In this document: one piece after another, positions 33,901 to 39,819 of the stretch
How the letters are laid out: each line of letters starts with the position of its first letter
Numbering within the stretch: the first letter of the stretch is position 1
IMG/VR virus record: IMGVR_UViG_3300035532_000075
Coordinates: 8,547-72,546 of that record
Length of the DNA: 64,000 nucleotides
DNA from: a virus
Direction: 5' to 3' (one strand)
Made by a program: the position numbers and the translations under genes
Notes under the pieces: model-generated
The model's database searches: none
What the model saw: the letters and a program-made list of their open reading frames with translations, nothing else
Told to the model about the DNA's origin: nothing

Positions 33901-36900
33901 TCATCAACTTTTTTAGCAGCACTTGCCAAAATTTGAATACGTCTAGAAATTAAATCCAGCCCCTGATGCCCAGCCATAGTAGGTTCGTCATAAGTAGACC
34001 TAGCTATCGCACTTGGAATATAAACAGACTCTCTCTCATCAGGCTGTGAAGTACTAGGTATACGTAGATTAACAGCGCCAGGAAAACGAGAAGAATCTAA
34101 AATAGTGTCATTTAAAAGATTAGTCATCTCATCACGTTTATTACCTATATCTGCTAACTCCTCTTTTGAAGCCATAACTCCTGTACTACCTTGAAAATCA
34201 TAAATATCTGAAATATCAACTTCTTGAGCAGCACCTAACAGAGCTTGACGAGCTTCTAAATTAGTAGGATTGATCGACTGTAGCGCCTTCATATATTCCC
34301 AATGCTTTTTAGCGTCTAAAGGAATTTCTTCTGACATTTGACCCATAAAAGCTGAATCTTCTCCAAAAATAGAAGCATAAGTACCATAAGCAGGTAAATT
34401 TAATTTGGTACCCTTCTTCTGTTTTTGAATATCACCAGAAGACCAACTTGCATATTGATGTGGATTTTCTACTATCTCAACAAACTTTGTACCAACCAAA
34501 CTTTTACGTTGTTCACCAAACTCATCAAATATGTTAGAATAATAACTAGCGTTCTTTTCTAATTCAACTAACTTATTTAATTTGTCTTCATAACCAGGTT
34601 TATCTTCAGTAACACCACGGGCCGCAAGTAAATCTTTCATATCAGATCTTAAACGCTCTAAATCCTTGGCCTTATCCCCAGTAGTATCGTACGCTTTAGC
34701 ATAACCTAACGCCTCACTTAATTTACTAAAACTCAACTTCTCATCTTCATGTCCTAAAAATTTAGAGTAAGTCTCTTTAGCAAATTCAGTTGCAATTACC
34801 GTAGGATCTCCACCTTTTGAATTAATTATATTATTCATAATAGTTTCTAAATTCTCAGGTTGCAGGCCACGTTTTGCCAAGCCAAAAGAACTAATACGAA
34901 TATCTATAGTCTTTTCTTTAAATAACTCACCACCTGGTTTTTGAGCTTTATATATATCCTTAAGGGCCTCTATACCTTTAACACCGTCTTCTAAATTAAC
35001 TCCAAGTTTAGAAAAAACATCCTTAATATCAGCAAATAATTTTACTTGTGGAGCAGCTTCTTCAGCGGATACCATTTTCAAATTCGGATCTTTAAACATA
35101 TCCAACATAAATTTGTTACCACTGCTTTCAAGTCGTCTCTGTAATTCCCCAACATCCGGGGCTTTATTTTTTAAAAACCCTCTACGAGCGCCTAAAATTT
35201 CACTAGCTAACTCACCCATACTTTTCGGAGCAATAGCAGTACCTAGTCCAGCCTTAGCACGTTCTTCCTCACTAAGTACTTTAACTGGAGCTGAATATAG
35301 TCGTTTTATATCGGCACCCGTTAATTCCATACCAGTACCTGTAGGAGAAATAGCTACACCTTTAGATCCTGCCCTTGTAGTAAATTTTCGGCCATAATAA
35401 TCAAAAAAAGTTTCTATTATTTTAGCTAACTGAACATTTAAATCTTTACCTCTAACTACCGTTACAGCTTTTGTAACTTCTTGAATAAGTGCTTTATCGG
35501 CCCTACCTTTATACTCTTCTTTTACTCCAAGAATATTTTGAATTAGTTTGTTTAAAGGCTCCACGGCTTTAGTGACATCAGCCAGCACCTTACCTTCTTC
35601 TATGTCACTTACACCTATATTACCGCCTTTAGCAAAAGAACCTAAAGTGTCTAATAAATTAGCATTACCCAATTTATCAGGAGCTACCATAGTCTTGACA
35701 GTTTGTGTCAGCACATCTGCTAACTTGCCAGAAATTAATATCTGATCTTCAAAAGTACTTGCGGTATTTCTTAACTCAGCAGTAACATTGAAACCATAAC
35801 CTTTCTCACCAAGTCTGCCTGATCTTATTAAATCAGACTCACGTTGTGACTGTAACGCTGGGGTAGTAGTACCTAAAATACCTGCCATTTTTGGATCAGG
35901 CACATAAGTATAAGCATTAGTAGTACTGGCAATATTACGACCCTTCTGTTGAAATTGGGCCCCAAACGGCATCAAAGATGTTAAATCATCAGTATACATT
36001 TTCAATGCTGTGGCATTTAATTTAGAAAGCTCGCCTATCTTCTCATATTCTTCTTCAGCATTCATCGCTACTTTACCACCAAAACGGTATTCATTCAATG
36101 TGGCAGCTTGTGATTCAGGCACACCTAAACTTGATATATCATATACGTCTAACGGTAATTTACGACCCTCTACACCAGCAACCGTCAATGCCTGGGTATC
36201 TGCAACATACTCCCTCAATGTTTTATTTAAATCACGTATGAATGTTTTCTGATCATCAGCAGTCATTTTAGAAGTACCCTCTTCAGCAAAAATAGGAGAG
36301 GTCATAGTCATCATATTAACTATCTTTTCTTGATGTGCGTAACGCCTTGGCCTGGCCTGGTCTACTATAGGAATGGTGCCTACCAACTTACCCAAAGCGT
36401 TTTCAAAATCACGAATTTTCTTATCCTGCCATGGGGCATTTGCCAAATTAGTAAGTACTGACGGTGATCCTGGTTGATCTGTAAGTATACGCTGCATGAC
36501 TTGATAAATGTTTTCAAAATCAACACGTTCTAAACTTTTTACAAAATCATATGCTGAAACTCCAGCCTGTTCCATAGCGTCTATAAATTTTTCAGTAGCA
36601 TCTACACTACCTTCAGCAAACTCCTTACCAAAATCTTGTTTTGCAGCAGATACCCTACCTAAAACTGCAGTAGGATCTTCTGACACACCTAATTTTTGCT
36701 CTCTACGACCAGCTATAACTGCAGCAGCATCAAACTGTTTAGCAATAAACTCTCTTGTCTCATAACTAGAAGATGCATAGTCCCTTAGCATATTTTTAGA
36801 AACTTCTTCAGCCTGATCTCTTTGTGTAGCACTAGGCCTATAACCTAACTCTTTTATTTTTGTAGAGTAGTCTTTATGTATATCAAATCTATCACTGCCT

Positions 36901-39761
36901 TTTAATATATCATACATTTCCTCAAAACCAGATCTGTACGTAGCAAACTTAGGTAATACTCTACTGCTACCCTGCTGTGTTTCAAAAATATTTGCACCTA
37001 AATCCACACCTTTATTGGTTACAGCTGGAACAGATGCTGGTATGGCTATAGTACGCACAAGCCCTTTTTCATCTTCTAAAATATCAGTAGCACGCATCTC
37101 ACCCACTGTTGATTTATATACACGTTGTAAAAAAGTAGCTTGTTTTTTATAAAGCTCTCCAAGAAGATCTTTAGATGGGAGTATACCAGCTGAATTATCC
37201 AAACCTTTTAAAGATATTAATTCATCTACATCACCTTGTGATAACCCCTGCCAACCTTCAATATCCTTTTTTGAAAATTGTTTTATCCAAGAACCAATAG
37301 TTTCCACTAACCTATCAGGCTTCATATCTTTAAGAAGACTCTTTTTTATTTCATTTTTACTTTTTTCAATAACATCAGGAATATTATAAGTTGCTTGTTT
37401 TGGAAGATTATAGTCTTCTACTAATTTAGAAACATTAGCCAATTGAAAAGAATATTGTTTACCAGAGGTTTTTTTATTATAGCCGCCAGCAAGTTTAAAA
37501 TAATCACTGATAGGTTGATCTTCACGCTCACGAACTACTCTCCAAGGACTTTTATATTCACCAGTCTCAGTATTTTTTAATGTGGCATCTATATTACCAA
37601 TTATAAAGCTTTTAAGTGTATTTAAAGACTCATTCAACTCTTTTCTATTTAATTCAGTAGCGGTAATTATACGCTTAGCACCATCTTCAACTAAACCAGC
37701 ATTATATAACTTTTTAGCGGTAGCCGCCATGTCCCCATAAGTATGAACATACTCTTGCCTAGTTCTATACTCAGGTTTAGGCTGAACATTATGCTGCGTA
37801 ATAGCATTGGTAGTTGGTAAACCTTGTTTTTCTTTATCAAAAGAGGCTCTACTCTGTTTTTCACTTTTACTTTCTACAGTAGCTGCCTCAGTTTTTGTAG
37901 ATTTTGCCACTTTCACATCAGAAGCCTTAACCTCTACTTTAGTAGTAGATGGTGCTACGGCTACACCATGCCTAATGGACTCTACCTGATCCGGGGTATA
38001 AGACAATAGGAAATCTCTTAAATAACGTACAGTAGTATCCACACTACCACCACGACCTTCATAAAAATTACGAGATTCACTAGACGTAGATGTCACCTCT
38101 CTATTCACCGTCTTTGCTAACTCTGGAATCGAACTACTACGTTCCTGAACTTCCTTTAACAAAGCTGTAGCATATAATATATTTTCAGATGAGGTGCTTT
38201 CATCAGATATTATTGCTTTTAATATCTTATCAAGCATAGTAACTATACCATCAAGTTCTTTGTCAGCTACCTGAAGTTCCTTCTTAGTATATCCAGATTG
38301 CTTGACTACGTGCCCAACATCAGCAGACTTTTTAATTGTAATTGCTTTTTGGTTTCCAGTTAGATTTGCTATGTCTTCATCAGTAAACATACTCTTATGT
38401 GGAAGATTTTTAAATCCAGAAGGTTTTACGTCAACAGGCACATTTTCTTTTATACCAGAAAGTTGTTTACTTAATAACCTACCAGCATCTGATGGCAAAG
38501 TGGGTTTGACTGGTAGTGCTATTTGTCCAATAGAACTATCAAAATCACTTTGAACTTCTTTAGTAGTAGTCTTTATTTTGGGAGTGGCTGTAAAAGTACC
38601 GTCAGCTAATTTAGTAACTTCCATCTCAATTACATCACTTACCTTTTTAGCAGATGATAACATTTTATCAGTAAGGATGTTATCTATAGAAGTATCATTA
38701 CCTTTACCTCTCTGCTTATACTCAGCAGATAATCTATATACTACATCACTAAACTGGTTAACAGCCTGCCCAAGAGCGTCCACATCGACAGATGCACCAG
38801 TAGTTTTAAGATTATTAGCCTCATTTGCAAAAACCTCAGCAGCTTTCACAAGTTTATCTAAATCACCTATTTTACCACTAAATTCATTGACAGCTTTAAC
38901 AAAATCGGTATTTGCAAGTTCTGGGGATACTTGTTGAATACTTTTAGAAAACGTAGTTATTAATCCTTCCATTAAAGCTACCGGATCTTTTTGATACTTT
39001 TCACGTACATTTGCTACTTGTGCTTTACCAGCCACCTCAGCTTTTTTATAGTATTGTATTAATGTATCAATATCAGAACGCAATGCGGTTCTAACTACTT
39101 TAGCACTATCAGATAATTCTTTGGCTGCGGATTTACCTGATTTATATACATCAACACCCTCCTTAGTAACAGCCAAACCTTTTTTAACTTTAGTAACAGG
39201 AGAATCTGTTTTACTTTGTACAACATCTGCTACATCCTTGATTACTTTAGCAGCACCTTTAATTACTTTGGCAGATTCTTTGACATCTTTATGTAACTTA
39301 TTAATGGAATGCATAGTACCGGTGGGGGTCTTTGAAGTTACAGTGGTCTCTAACTGCTTAGACACCATAGCACGCCCTCTTTTAGATAGAAAGATGCCTT
39401 TTGTCTCCAAAGCATCGAAAGCTCTCATAAGTTTTTTATCTAATAATCCTGTAAAAGATTTTAAAACAGAATCAATATTTATTAAAGATGGGTCGTCTGA
39501 AGATTTTACCTTTTTTTGTAAAATAGAAGCTATATCTTGACCTAAGTTTTTAAACTCATCAGAAAGTACTGATTCTAAAGCCTTTTTATCTTTAGAATCT
39601 TTAATAACTCCAGACAATTTTGAAATGGTATCATTTAGGTTCTCAAGTACAGTGCCAGTAATTACTTGAGAATTTATAGATGTGGATAGTGCTGGTAAAT
39701 TGGTAGGGTTAGATGCACCCTCTTCGAAAAGAAATGTGTATGTGTTGTTATTGTCAGCCAA
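15960..39761 (-). CDS. Giant multidomain tape measure protein fused to a two-barrel RNA polymerase, a PD-(D/E)XK nuclease and an HExxH peptidase-like domain
   Basis: 7,933-aa uninterrupted ORF with TTG start and AGGAGG SD at 39775-39770. Canonical TMP position after the tail tube and two chaperones. Domain motifs are listed in separate features. Confidence 0.92.
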   Translation of the reverse strand: MADNNNTYTFLFEEGASNPTNLPALSTSINSQVITGTVLENLNDTISKLSGVIKDSKDKKALESVLSDEFKNLGQDIASILQKKVKSSDDPSLINIDSVLKSFTGLLDKKLMRAFDALETKGIFLSKRGRAMVSKQLETTVTSKTPTGTMHSINKLHKDVKESAKVIKGAAKVIKDVADVVQSKTDSPVTKVKKGLAVTKEGVDVYKSGKSAAKELSDSAKVVRTALRSDIDTLIQYYKKAEVAGKAQVANVREKYQKDPVALMEGLITTFSKSIQQVSPELANTDFVKAVNEFSGKIGDLDKLVKAAEVFANEANNLKTTGASVDVDALGQAVNQFSDVVYRLSAEYKQRGKGNDTSIDNILTDKMLSSAKKVSDVIEMEVTKLADGTFTATPKIKTTTKEVQSDFDSSIGQIALPVKPTLPSDAGRLLSKQLSGIKENVPVDVKPSGFKNLPHKSMFTDEDIANLTGNQKAITIKKSADVGHVVKQSGYTKKELQVADKELDGIVTMLDKILKAIISDESTSSENILYATALLKEVQERSSSIPELAKTVNREVTSTSSESRNFYEGRGGSVDTTVRYLRDFLLSYTPDQVESIRHGVAVAPSTTKVEVKASDVKVAKSTKTEAATVESKSEKQSRASFDKEKQGLPTTNAITQHNVQPKPEYRTRQEYVHTYGDMAATAKKLYNAGLVEDGAKRIITATELNRKELNESLNTLKSFIIGNIDATLKNTETGEYKSPWRVVREREDQPISDYFKLAGGYNKKTSGKQYSFQLANVSKLVEDYNLPKQATYNIPDVIEKSKNEIKKSLLKDMKPDRLVETIGSWIKQFSKKDIEGWQGLSQGDVDELISLKGLDNSAGILPSKDLLGELYKKQATFLQRVYKSTVGEMRATDILEDEKGLVRTIAIPASVPAVTNKGVDLGANIFETQQGSSRVLPKFATYRSGFEEMYDILKGSDRFDIHKDYSTKIKELGYRPSATQRDQAEEVSKNMLRDYASSSYETREFIAKQFDAAAVIAGRREQKLGVSEDPTAVLGRVSAAKQDFGKEFAEGSVDATEKFIDAMEQAGVSAYDFVKSLERVDFENIYQVMQRILTDQPGSPSVLTNLANAPWQDKKIRDFENALGKLVGTIPIVDQARPRRYAHQEKIVNMMTMTSPIFAEEGTSKMTADDQKTFIRDLNKTLREYVADTQALTVAGVEGRKLPLDVYDISSLGVPESQAATLNEYRFGGKVAMNAEEEYEKIGELSKLNATALKMYTDDLTSLMPFGAQFQQKGRNIASTTNAYTYVPDPKMAGILGTTTPALQSQRESDLIRSGRLGEKGYGFNVTAELRNTASTFEDQILISGKLADVLTQTVKTMVAPDKLGNANLLDTLGSFAKGGNIGVSDIEEGKVLADVTKAVEPLNKLIQNILGVKEEYKGRADKALIQEVTKAVTVVRGKDLNVQLAKIIETFFDYYGRKFTTRAGSKGVAISPTGTGMELTGADIKRLYSAPVKVLSEEERAKAGLGTAIAPKSMGELASEILGARRGFLKNKAPDVGELQRRLESSGNKFMLDMFKDPNLKMVSAEEAAPQVKLFADIKDVFSKLGVNLEDGVKGIEALKDIYKAQKPGGELFKEKTIDIRISSFGLAKRGLQPENLETIMNNIINSKGGDPTVIATEFAKETYSKFLGHEDEKLSFSKLSEALGYAKAYDTTGDKAKDLERLRSDMKDLLAARGVTEDKPGYEDKLNKLVELEKNASYYSNIFDEFGEQRKSLVGTKFVEIVENPHQYASWSSGDIQKQKKGTKLNLPAYGTYASIFGEDSAFMGQMSEEIPLDAKKHWEYMKALQSINPTNLEARQALLGAAQEVDISDIYDFQGSTGVMASKEELADIGNKRDEMTNLLNDTILDSSRFPGAVNLRIPSTSQPDERESVYIPSAIARSTYDEPTMAGHQGLDLISRRIQILASAAKKVDDLKSGKLSEGQLEDLSTGRLKKNLGDFRKKARTIASNAVSGGEDDPAVIELKNMLNRLSPALKTAVDPKMLYPSYSQYYNDPSTGETKEKSIEMYMNEFFQRQLGKGKPIASALVETIEQAVDNIIGPYEDPTSPNVKGRQLRPGAYDKSASVLGKIATREAPEQRLTGVQNLATALQFKPPTAEDRTEQLQRALKSLEKAKIEYYNTLADTALGKTGSVQEVIFSRKIPSVMAKAVNAVVDKTDEFRKFEKVLEDLSKVEMAGDSDLATALSELSNVSKEMSTKVTKKHVAAVEKHIAKGLPVLGQHELGIPEEYAKKIPAVFDKKFRMTDSGKLERVYPTEDKPYEKGRNLSELLKYRKMLESNRGQLKGSPADQEAIQHILDKEVTPYIESVRFPFTGTSSVQPYKAKLLTGEMGAKAKHALMAPGLPEMDVAAFKKILASVEGVADKLVEAREVEQGEADPNQERIAKLTETINTLDQAISDVIPKYIAQQQKLDFDGDQIQVHAAKTMAARKEIEKHFKTVADFSSEDKRTTAKTFMDQFTFDALEPSTGKYILAEQQLAFEKKFPTTEGFSFLERPFLTKELDYLSPNEQLGILANQPGYSGKAQGPLNALKEVLPEVFKEQSKINEIAAELNKVVEPKDIEGKTDTNEYTNALIAKLVEMGPEVMKPVAGGMKEQLYDTKYLNAINAQLFKINTGRDTESLNRILKVFERNVGFGGGIIHGTGEYARSEKFASRFPEQLKSLAGPIEEEFSTMMNEFIRVGIQKGLDVKHAGEIPIATEMAQLLSKGPEGVDKLISKITNEEGSYKALNEFYDANKKALERNFGTVSTANLREDAFKIAAKQPEPEKAGAQLSYALKDSANVRETLEKYIIQHVGFEGFLRELSQQIEDAAREGLLRQIASWDDDYKAKKLKGRKPTQYANAILKTQLEEGGIQLRTTAEENLTPLYGFRTSGATSADQLKKFGTKHVKLQHEELATVFGDAEEWNKEKGQFTERGRYANKYRRAEAVAQNMADAFGDFSKIESTRGAGSYDKMLLSTIDNMRADQKLIHNILSTYKKESTVAGKDIVDVDIMDRLLGKEPLGYLAKNVLGTGSGLDIKNELERISRATGTAPLSKAEEDDLKFKYGTKASELGGERARVKQDRSTKPWSDEKLRSVTENETKAIMDQVLAVAQLNKVIRTAETKSADSLFMADFVPGSDSIATVEEEYKRREQQLNANRASLDKGISATIKAQSFGYDAGMSDLGTGGGGGMLPPLITPPGGLTPSVSGGIVPVHIESIKSGIGLFLGDSSRVKPSNIGPAAAGIPPSYEEVRTRLDKDIARMEELTKKITGSLNVQKDSDFGKKYRASALKGGLAPEEQVKAIMKTMLGEEKSSDILSSSSFLGTAIHSKLEDVYRKEKPGTIIEQPVRYQSPVAGEVSGTIDVLRKDESGKVSEVIDIKTISDRNYKIFKEIADQLKAEKGEVTFEAFQEKLTTHPAKISDQIRFDKMGGVASQLNLYLKALESESADAFAHFYSNTADEYKDPIVIKFKYDEERLNRDMESIVEARRRIESAESPKPYAKTASFEKAKQIAEDLKKPENQVTEEEVNELLDRAKEYYKYATKKPSMYEGLPSTGVDLGDEAYKNIAKARQAMEQQAAYLNDLEKPPKPVYGAQAKFTHQALSTLHSKASDIQSERFGVSLSQTGMDKFSPKIKEELEKVLQSGPRGTKFYNLLNKLKEEDDTFSDADFTKAWKAYRVAVGDYYVQAMEDALANIGKQEQGSAAEAKAFSNYKDVVSSFQRQVKSDLGKATDIYTINRSYVDPQSAKDAGVYMNATQLASKGAGVLGEDDTLRGLLEKILDLDIHDKSTPVPRDTVGMVLKELIGLDKDLIDMYTDETAVSRYGTTLFDSMDFKNLKQGISRLREGLEEVIGMATKDQYSSEQKAHLDEVLKQLKGLEKTYINLDLENESFVNASGENIVPTIIEPPKQLPRKWQEAIANRNVAKLEDYFATPSAEGGPLRGDVYTYDKKAFGPNNKMMQHERFDFIKSFDYFDKDQGKWLGEFDRKYKNITKTVAEGNRTFSIAIERVIKWGAAATLVYGGMNYLKESISYISDIEVAMAKLQMVMNPLSTSFSALEQSAISFAKQYGISIEHVLDSMRVFAQQGLSQQEVLDRTKTATVAENITDLSSTDATEALTAAMRVFNTEGEGSMRFLDSWSEVESKAAIKAGDLADAIKKAASAGKNAGFTFDQLNGMVAAIGSTTRQTGKEVGTSLRFIFNRLSTEKGPKTLGQFGISTQDINTGQLRSGFDVLSDLSEQWDELTRAQKLNVAQALGGTRQYNAVLTLMDNWDETLRSVTNSINSKGSAERRNAILMKTYAKQVEQLKAAAGELKIEFGKIVLPGFKVGVTSLKTLIELFNNIPTEIKLAGAAFTAFFAYMIKGSSMTDSFFDHLNKGKAVFRDLKTEFKKGLDMSAYELFGIGDSTKNSNIMGLKTIKQGATLSELEGPFSKLGYLALSTGRDFNSFLSLVSKDTGKAANAVGSLVKSLGEGINYIGTYLGMGANLIGQPELAGMVKIGTKVASKPLEFVGEKTSGLGKYGIDVADYIKKNATGPSAGIVQSVGPMLGVAAAGGLALPQLIKIYKRLSESAEEYKNSLNDEIGATEKEQSTVRALISEYERMDKAKKKLTAKAVEGALVTEDSFGNTKGIATQLAKLEDQYTDFKNKVATSDINFVVGYTLQGDAVLKGGMEDNLAAMLRRSSGKKQFEVAGKKMDIAARFANEATQTDGIQSWKYHIKEIVKNFPLIGEKLGDAISVGPKKAMYELQKSLHKMLTAKNANPLSNAFDDAIKELQERQIELRAAIKIDAKQAKNIIDSIDTSDMSPLEINATFNKAIYDDLYELLSMSSTMYKRAGVTGGDVRGQYVLSAANPNYKNYLAPTADLTMERFRNTGLMPRIGSGETMPVKVGDILKLSETASKDLGGVSGRQAILGSERYEESGKVLTKYFLSFADAEGKYRKKFIPGIKALDGMVQAAVSLSEVSNKLTGDFASLSEMVTGASAGMSALDKKSLTKRSVSLGPKFYSDIATEVLLQTNKGYDVKTRSYTTPAYKANYTDEFINNYAEKMEQWETTLASYRASDKPADTKLTGGFGEQLKELQDVLKNNSVVMQFRSALEDLSKTIEDSDAALVKNIALEKRRYEVQKNLSGLMAGIPEGLENFDVGTFELKDLSASQRMLYDNRGSQELVKAFNIEKKRQDAYTSQMDAITSTMLDVQRINETSLGFSSRFTTQAEFDKYAETIRYTGGDLGSAEIVSAVDASSDLLNQSNTELIAIKTGIYEVADLLKSPEDRWSSKVEKAQIDVAKAEKGTWYSNKSVAGAMRIADLQRIQSATAAEGRSEEAALMEKDIGKLTKELILRTSVGDVVRSLTPISKDAQYKILNSAISESGYSASDIVDYMDRAAVANKDLTKKQQKSIKKGAGAYREATAKKEPSFFNTDTLGFGALGLSIFAGSSAARKNEQITELNKRMGNVQKEIATQGEKPDPKLLTELEALKRAKEGLEASAMIGTTLQQLSTTGFLTYAGSKAAMGNSDAATAKLMMGAVATHTLFKSMGMENLKKVPEFAKDFDKFLKGLGEKIGTVVKNKDPKAVEEALKKHGSKVKDRINEAAKEYFIGLKKYSEIQGRETGKTDADVAVEVENAKKIYSSNKKAQEKRAAIEEEFAVQSDAGKQFVLDLVKLETAMGLVRAAFSDAASDAKIAGMENTAEEQTKIFFDKIYSVSPKFANDIISSIVSGRDVDTLPVERGEPIKGPSTAFNVEDSINAVLAELHDQLAAVGDDYSKSSQLLAVLASATALKKRFTTLITTLETFNRSLHDSITSMEISAKYQGPSTFGDVLKGYIGDIKTAQSYSELSPQQQLYAGGSGAFKELITDYQKGSKLMDKYVTALSNFESEVYSSEETIKSLEEKFNMLKNSGEATDGELEATAQTLSDNKKILETRRKVLKDTTTEADKLSKSMKNVQRALKAMTEFQTAFKGFQDSLANATANIFIQSEAGLKAYYDQRDKLLGGSHPEAAIAISVEDQRLADSLGMSLTSGVSSQYDLQRVKLEDAYIKAQESGNYEEMESVQTQLDDLDTQRKRDVITYEQKKQNELAAASIQPAATLYENLEKLRFTKPDVLSTEQFTDIDRLNSVIKDNLSKAYSEKISGADRIAELEKFKATQGYVEGSKEALAIDKIISTIKPDDTMYRGANPVEIKAAYDELMSKYSKFAVNEEQQNLMTYVNEPLKGILNYVKVIAAKIAPEATAALEEAMSGREGSKKTDYKDWQFYAKADDSEKYRELLGLDRKEKPSKYTDDWQFYTGKSDFSGVDSDKYRALMGLPERIDYSLKNNYTYEDKDGTTGSVNLKTDLEKSYAINMARTPDTLFTGELPTEKPTEALISFESIGKGLNASFDIISSGLKASAAGISKGLAALGNMLETLANGDNSGVSADNKFSTGGPFGDHPSSIGGHVSGPGGPREDKVAAYLSPGEFVIRAHTAQQIGYANLDHMNRKGTLPTAMAADGGLIPAFADGGFIDSMTKGRGFRNVSGGMQSLIDDLEAGRLSSVKEEGLSLKGVGKQAAFATGELISRLTKVPLDVFSGIEGASDYLANKGLSGALKSVSKIKDSVLNKVATEGIMGTVSGVGSSLYSSITDSLSKGGLGVTTDVIGSLAGGTGVMSKFNKLTDVGTYIKAAKVVSGDGKVSKVRDMLSVIANESGAIDNPAMVVKDLVSKSKSKVERKFPSLYDRFSPMKKDPTRKDSYNKDMLAIDKFNRTYTEKYGLDFGFSRENILPRQFLSDMGKTIDSYMTRYPELKDHLSFIGSTEFTQNMPVDDALRLATEVGDPLHNRGRHTVIPTRQGPAGVVQISNENAIKKHFVQAQKDNIPLNVAADDIKADLLYTLGHELSHGINRASKNKIQMAEINAVLDKLPGDVFENTYISSKKVGDPARAKERFADFGAKFEKIMADPNRKDNQTMFDMSPEDAVAEVYGYGTRLTSWGDDMVSDLFPDMKFANGGAVGGYVLDPERYLDNKRLDMAKAVYEEEHSKVRGAGNSKTSSWLEEFNKKSAQFKKEQWEGRAAEEVDPKKVRSFTNIGPGGGILSEIVETTGKSYDPSRTISGIDEAINNPIYEKSWSAQDITDYLNNSISSGNNMRRGEGHLPNKWGYNTAAVAQYNVMVDAKSKAEDRLLKAMLSDAAFKNNTEQILSTRRGLEKDLAKHIKDKGSMVGIEESMKYGDYAFDPYRGVHKFTTNVGGRDVSAGVIEQSSYRYANKAYRPTNIKPSKKAIHHSNVWAKTYKDLIPQEEFGMDFKRQVPKHGTVDPVALKYYKDAKFINQRIGNLFEKLHDENLDPKDRLKYIKQLDFQSKAMSAYSKFDEVMREGGNPFTDPRLMEETTKRVPNRLVRKSLAGVEGVEPIKSEDGKETIGFKLHSGEVVSAYEQVTEKSSLLKLIEKAGNKAYLDMYKRKPLSAGSVTKAPVEVEMLSKSWFDKQNHAGSVSKRYTTGNSGAFGKLKEYGTVKDIDLNYFGTGTSSEDIINRMIKDAYKGQKKSDWENVLGFENWLQGYSTGGDSELSGHVPGAGSRGDDKYPALLSRGEYVIKTDSAQKLGYANLAYMNKKGSIPAFADGGTLSNISTATPPTNFTNTSANLSLNVPKIELDVSEAISELRSVVLKVDKTPVKVDTKSVELPAVNIDSRELLSELSKIELRLEDKLVQVDNSSLKDVTLKVEDKPVKLDTGSLKDVTLKVEDKPVKLDTGSLKDVTLKVEDKPVKLDTGSLESIVLKVEDKKLELSSNTVKAEVAIDVNEAAISLGAAITKAIKSSSVKVDIPSSVASGQGVGAERVDLLAATIDAMDKRLINTTTKIETEVKELEVNLESKLSKDIDARLASKLSGVQEDLTNLGVSVSSLSDNVTSQISRVSMSALEAARLAKQALDFRNLK
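16453..16628 (-). repeat. Perfect 57-bp tandem repeat x3 (19-aa unit KDVTLKVEDKPVKLDTGSL) in the TMP C-terminus
   Basis: Unit aaagacccagtatctaatttgacaggcttatcttcaactttaagggtgacatctttt occurs three times head to tail, with degenerate flanking copies at the protein level. Confidence 0.95.
16902..17093 (-). repeat. Second copy of the TMP C-terminal GG module
   Basis: YSTGG...GHVPGAGSRGDDKYPALLSRGEYVIKTDSAQKLGYANLAYMNKKGSIPAFADGG. Confidence 0.8.
18820..19420 (-). other. Zincin-like metallopeptidase domain within the TMP (boundaries approximate)
   Basis: LYTLGHELSHG (HExxH, H6894-H6898, nt 19082-19068) followed by PEDAVAEVYG, a plausible third-ligand motif. Confidence 0.65.
20190..20435 (-). 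repeat. First copy of the TMP C-terminal GG module
   Basis: FSTGG...GHVSGPGGPREDKVAAYLSPGEFVIRAHTAQQIGYANLDHMNRKGTLP...AFADGG, the GG.V.GPG...D...A.LS.GEFV motif typical of TMP C-termini. Confidence 0.8.
26600..27680 (-). other. Tape measure core domain (TP901 / PhageMin_Tail-like), about aa 4030-4390
   Basis: IKWGAAATLVYGGMNYLKESISYISDIEVAMAKL...AKQYGISIEHVLDSMRVFAQQG...DLADAIKKAASAGKNAGFTFDQLNGMVAAIGSTTRQTGKEVGTSLRFIFNRL. Confidence 0.9.
29230..29760 (-). other. PD-(D/E)XK (RecB/Cas4-like) nuclease domain within the TMP
   Basis: GTAIHSKLE (G3346), EQPV...SGTIDVL, VIDIKT (D3400-x-K3402), QLNLY (Q3457-Y3461). Confidence 0.8.
31500..36200 (-). other. Single-chain two-barrel (cellular-type) RNA polymerase domain within the TMP (boundaries approximate)
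   Basis: Beta-like motifs: SLMPF; GFNV...FEDQILIS (F1337); GRKFTTRAGSKGV (K1459, K1467); TIDIRISSFGLAKRGLQPENLET (T1618). Beta'-like motifs: KTGSVQEVIFSRK; PVLGQHELGIPEEYAKKI (H2261); RFPFTGTSSVQ (R2349); LDFDGDQIQVH (D2452, D2454, D2456; nt 32408-32394). Confidence 0.9.
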
Positions 39762-39819
39762 GGTAGCTTCCTCCTGAAATTAAAATAAAAAACTCTTAAC
39801 TGTTTAACAGTTAGTTAAA

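Noticed and set aside
39785-39815. Hairpin TAACTGT-TAA-ACAGTTA followed by a T run upstream of the TMP as a terminator
   Set aside because: The stem is AT-rich and weak, so it cannot be supported without transcript data.
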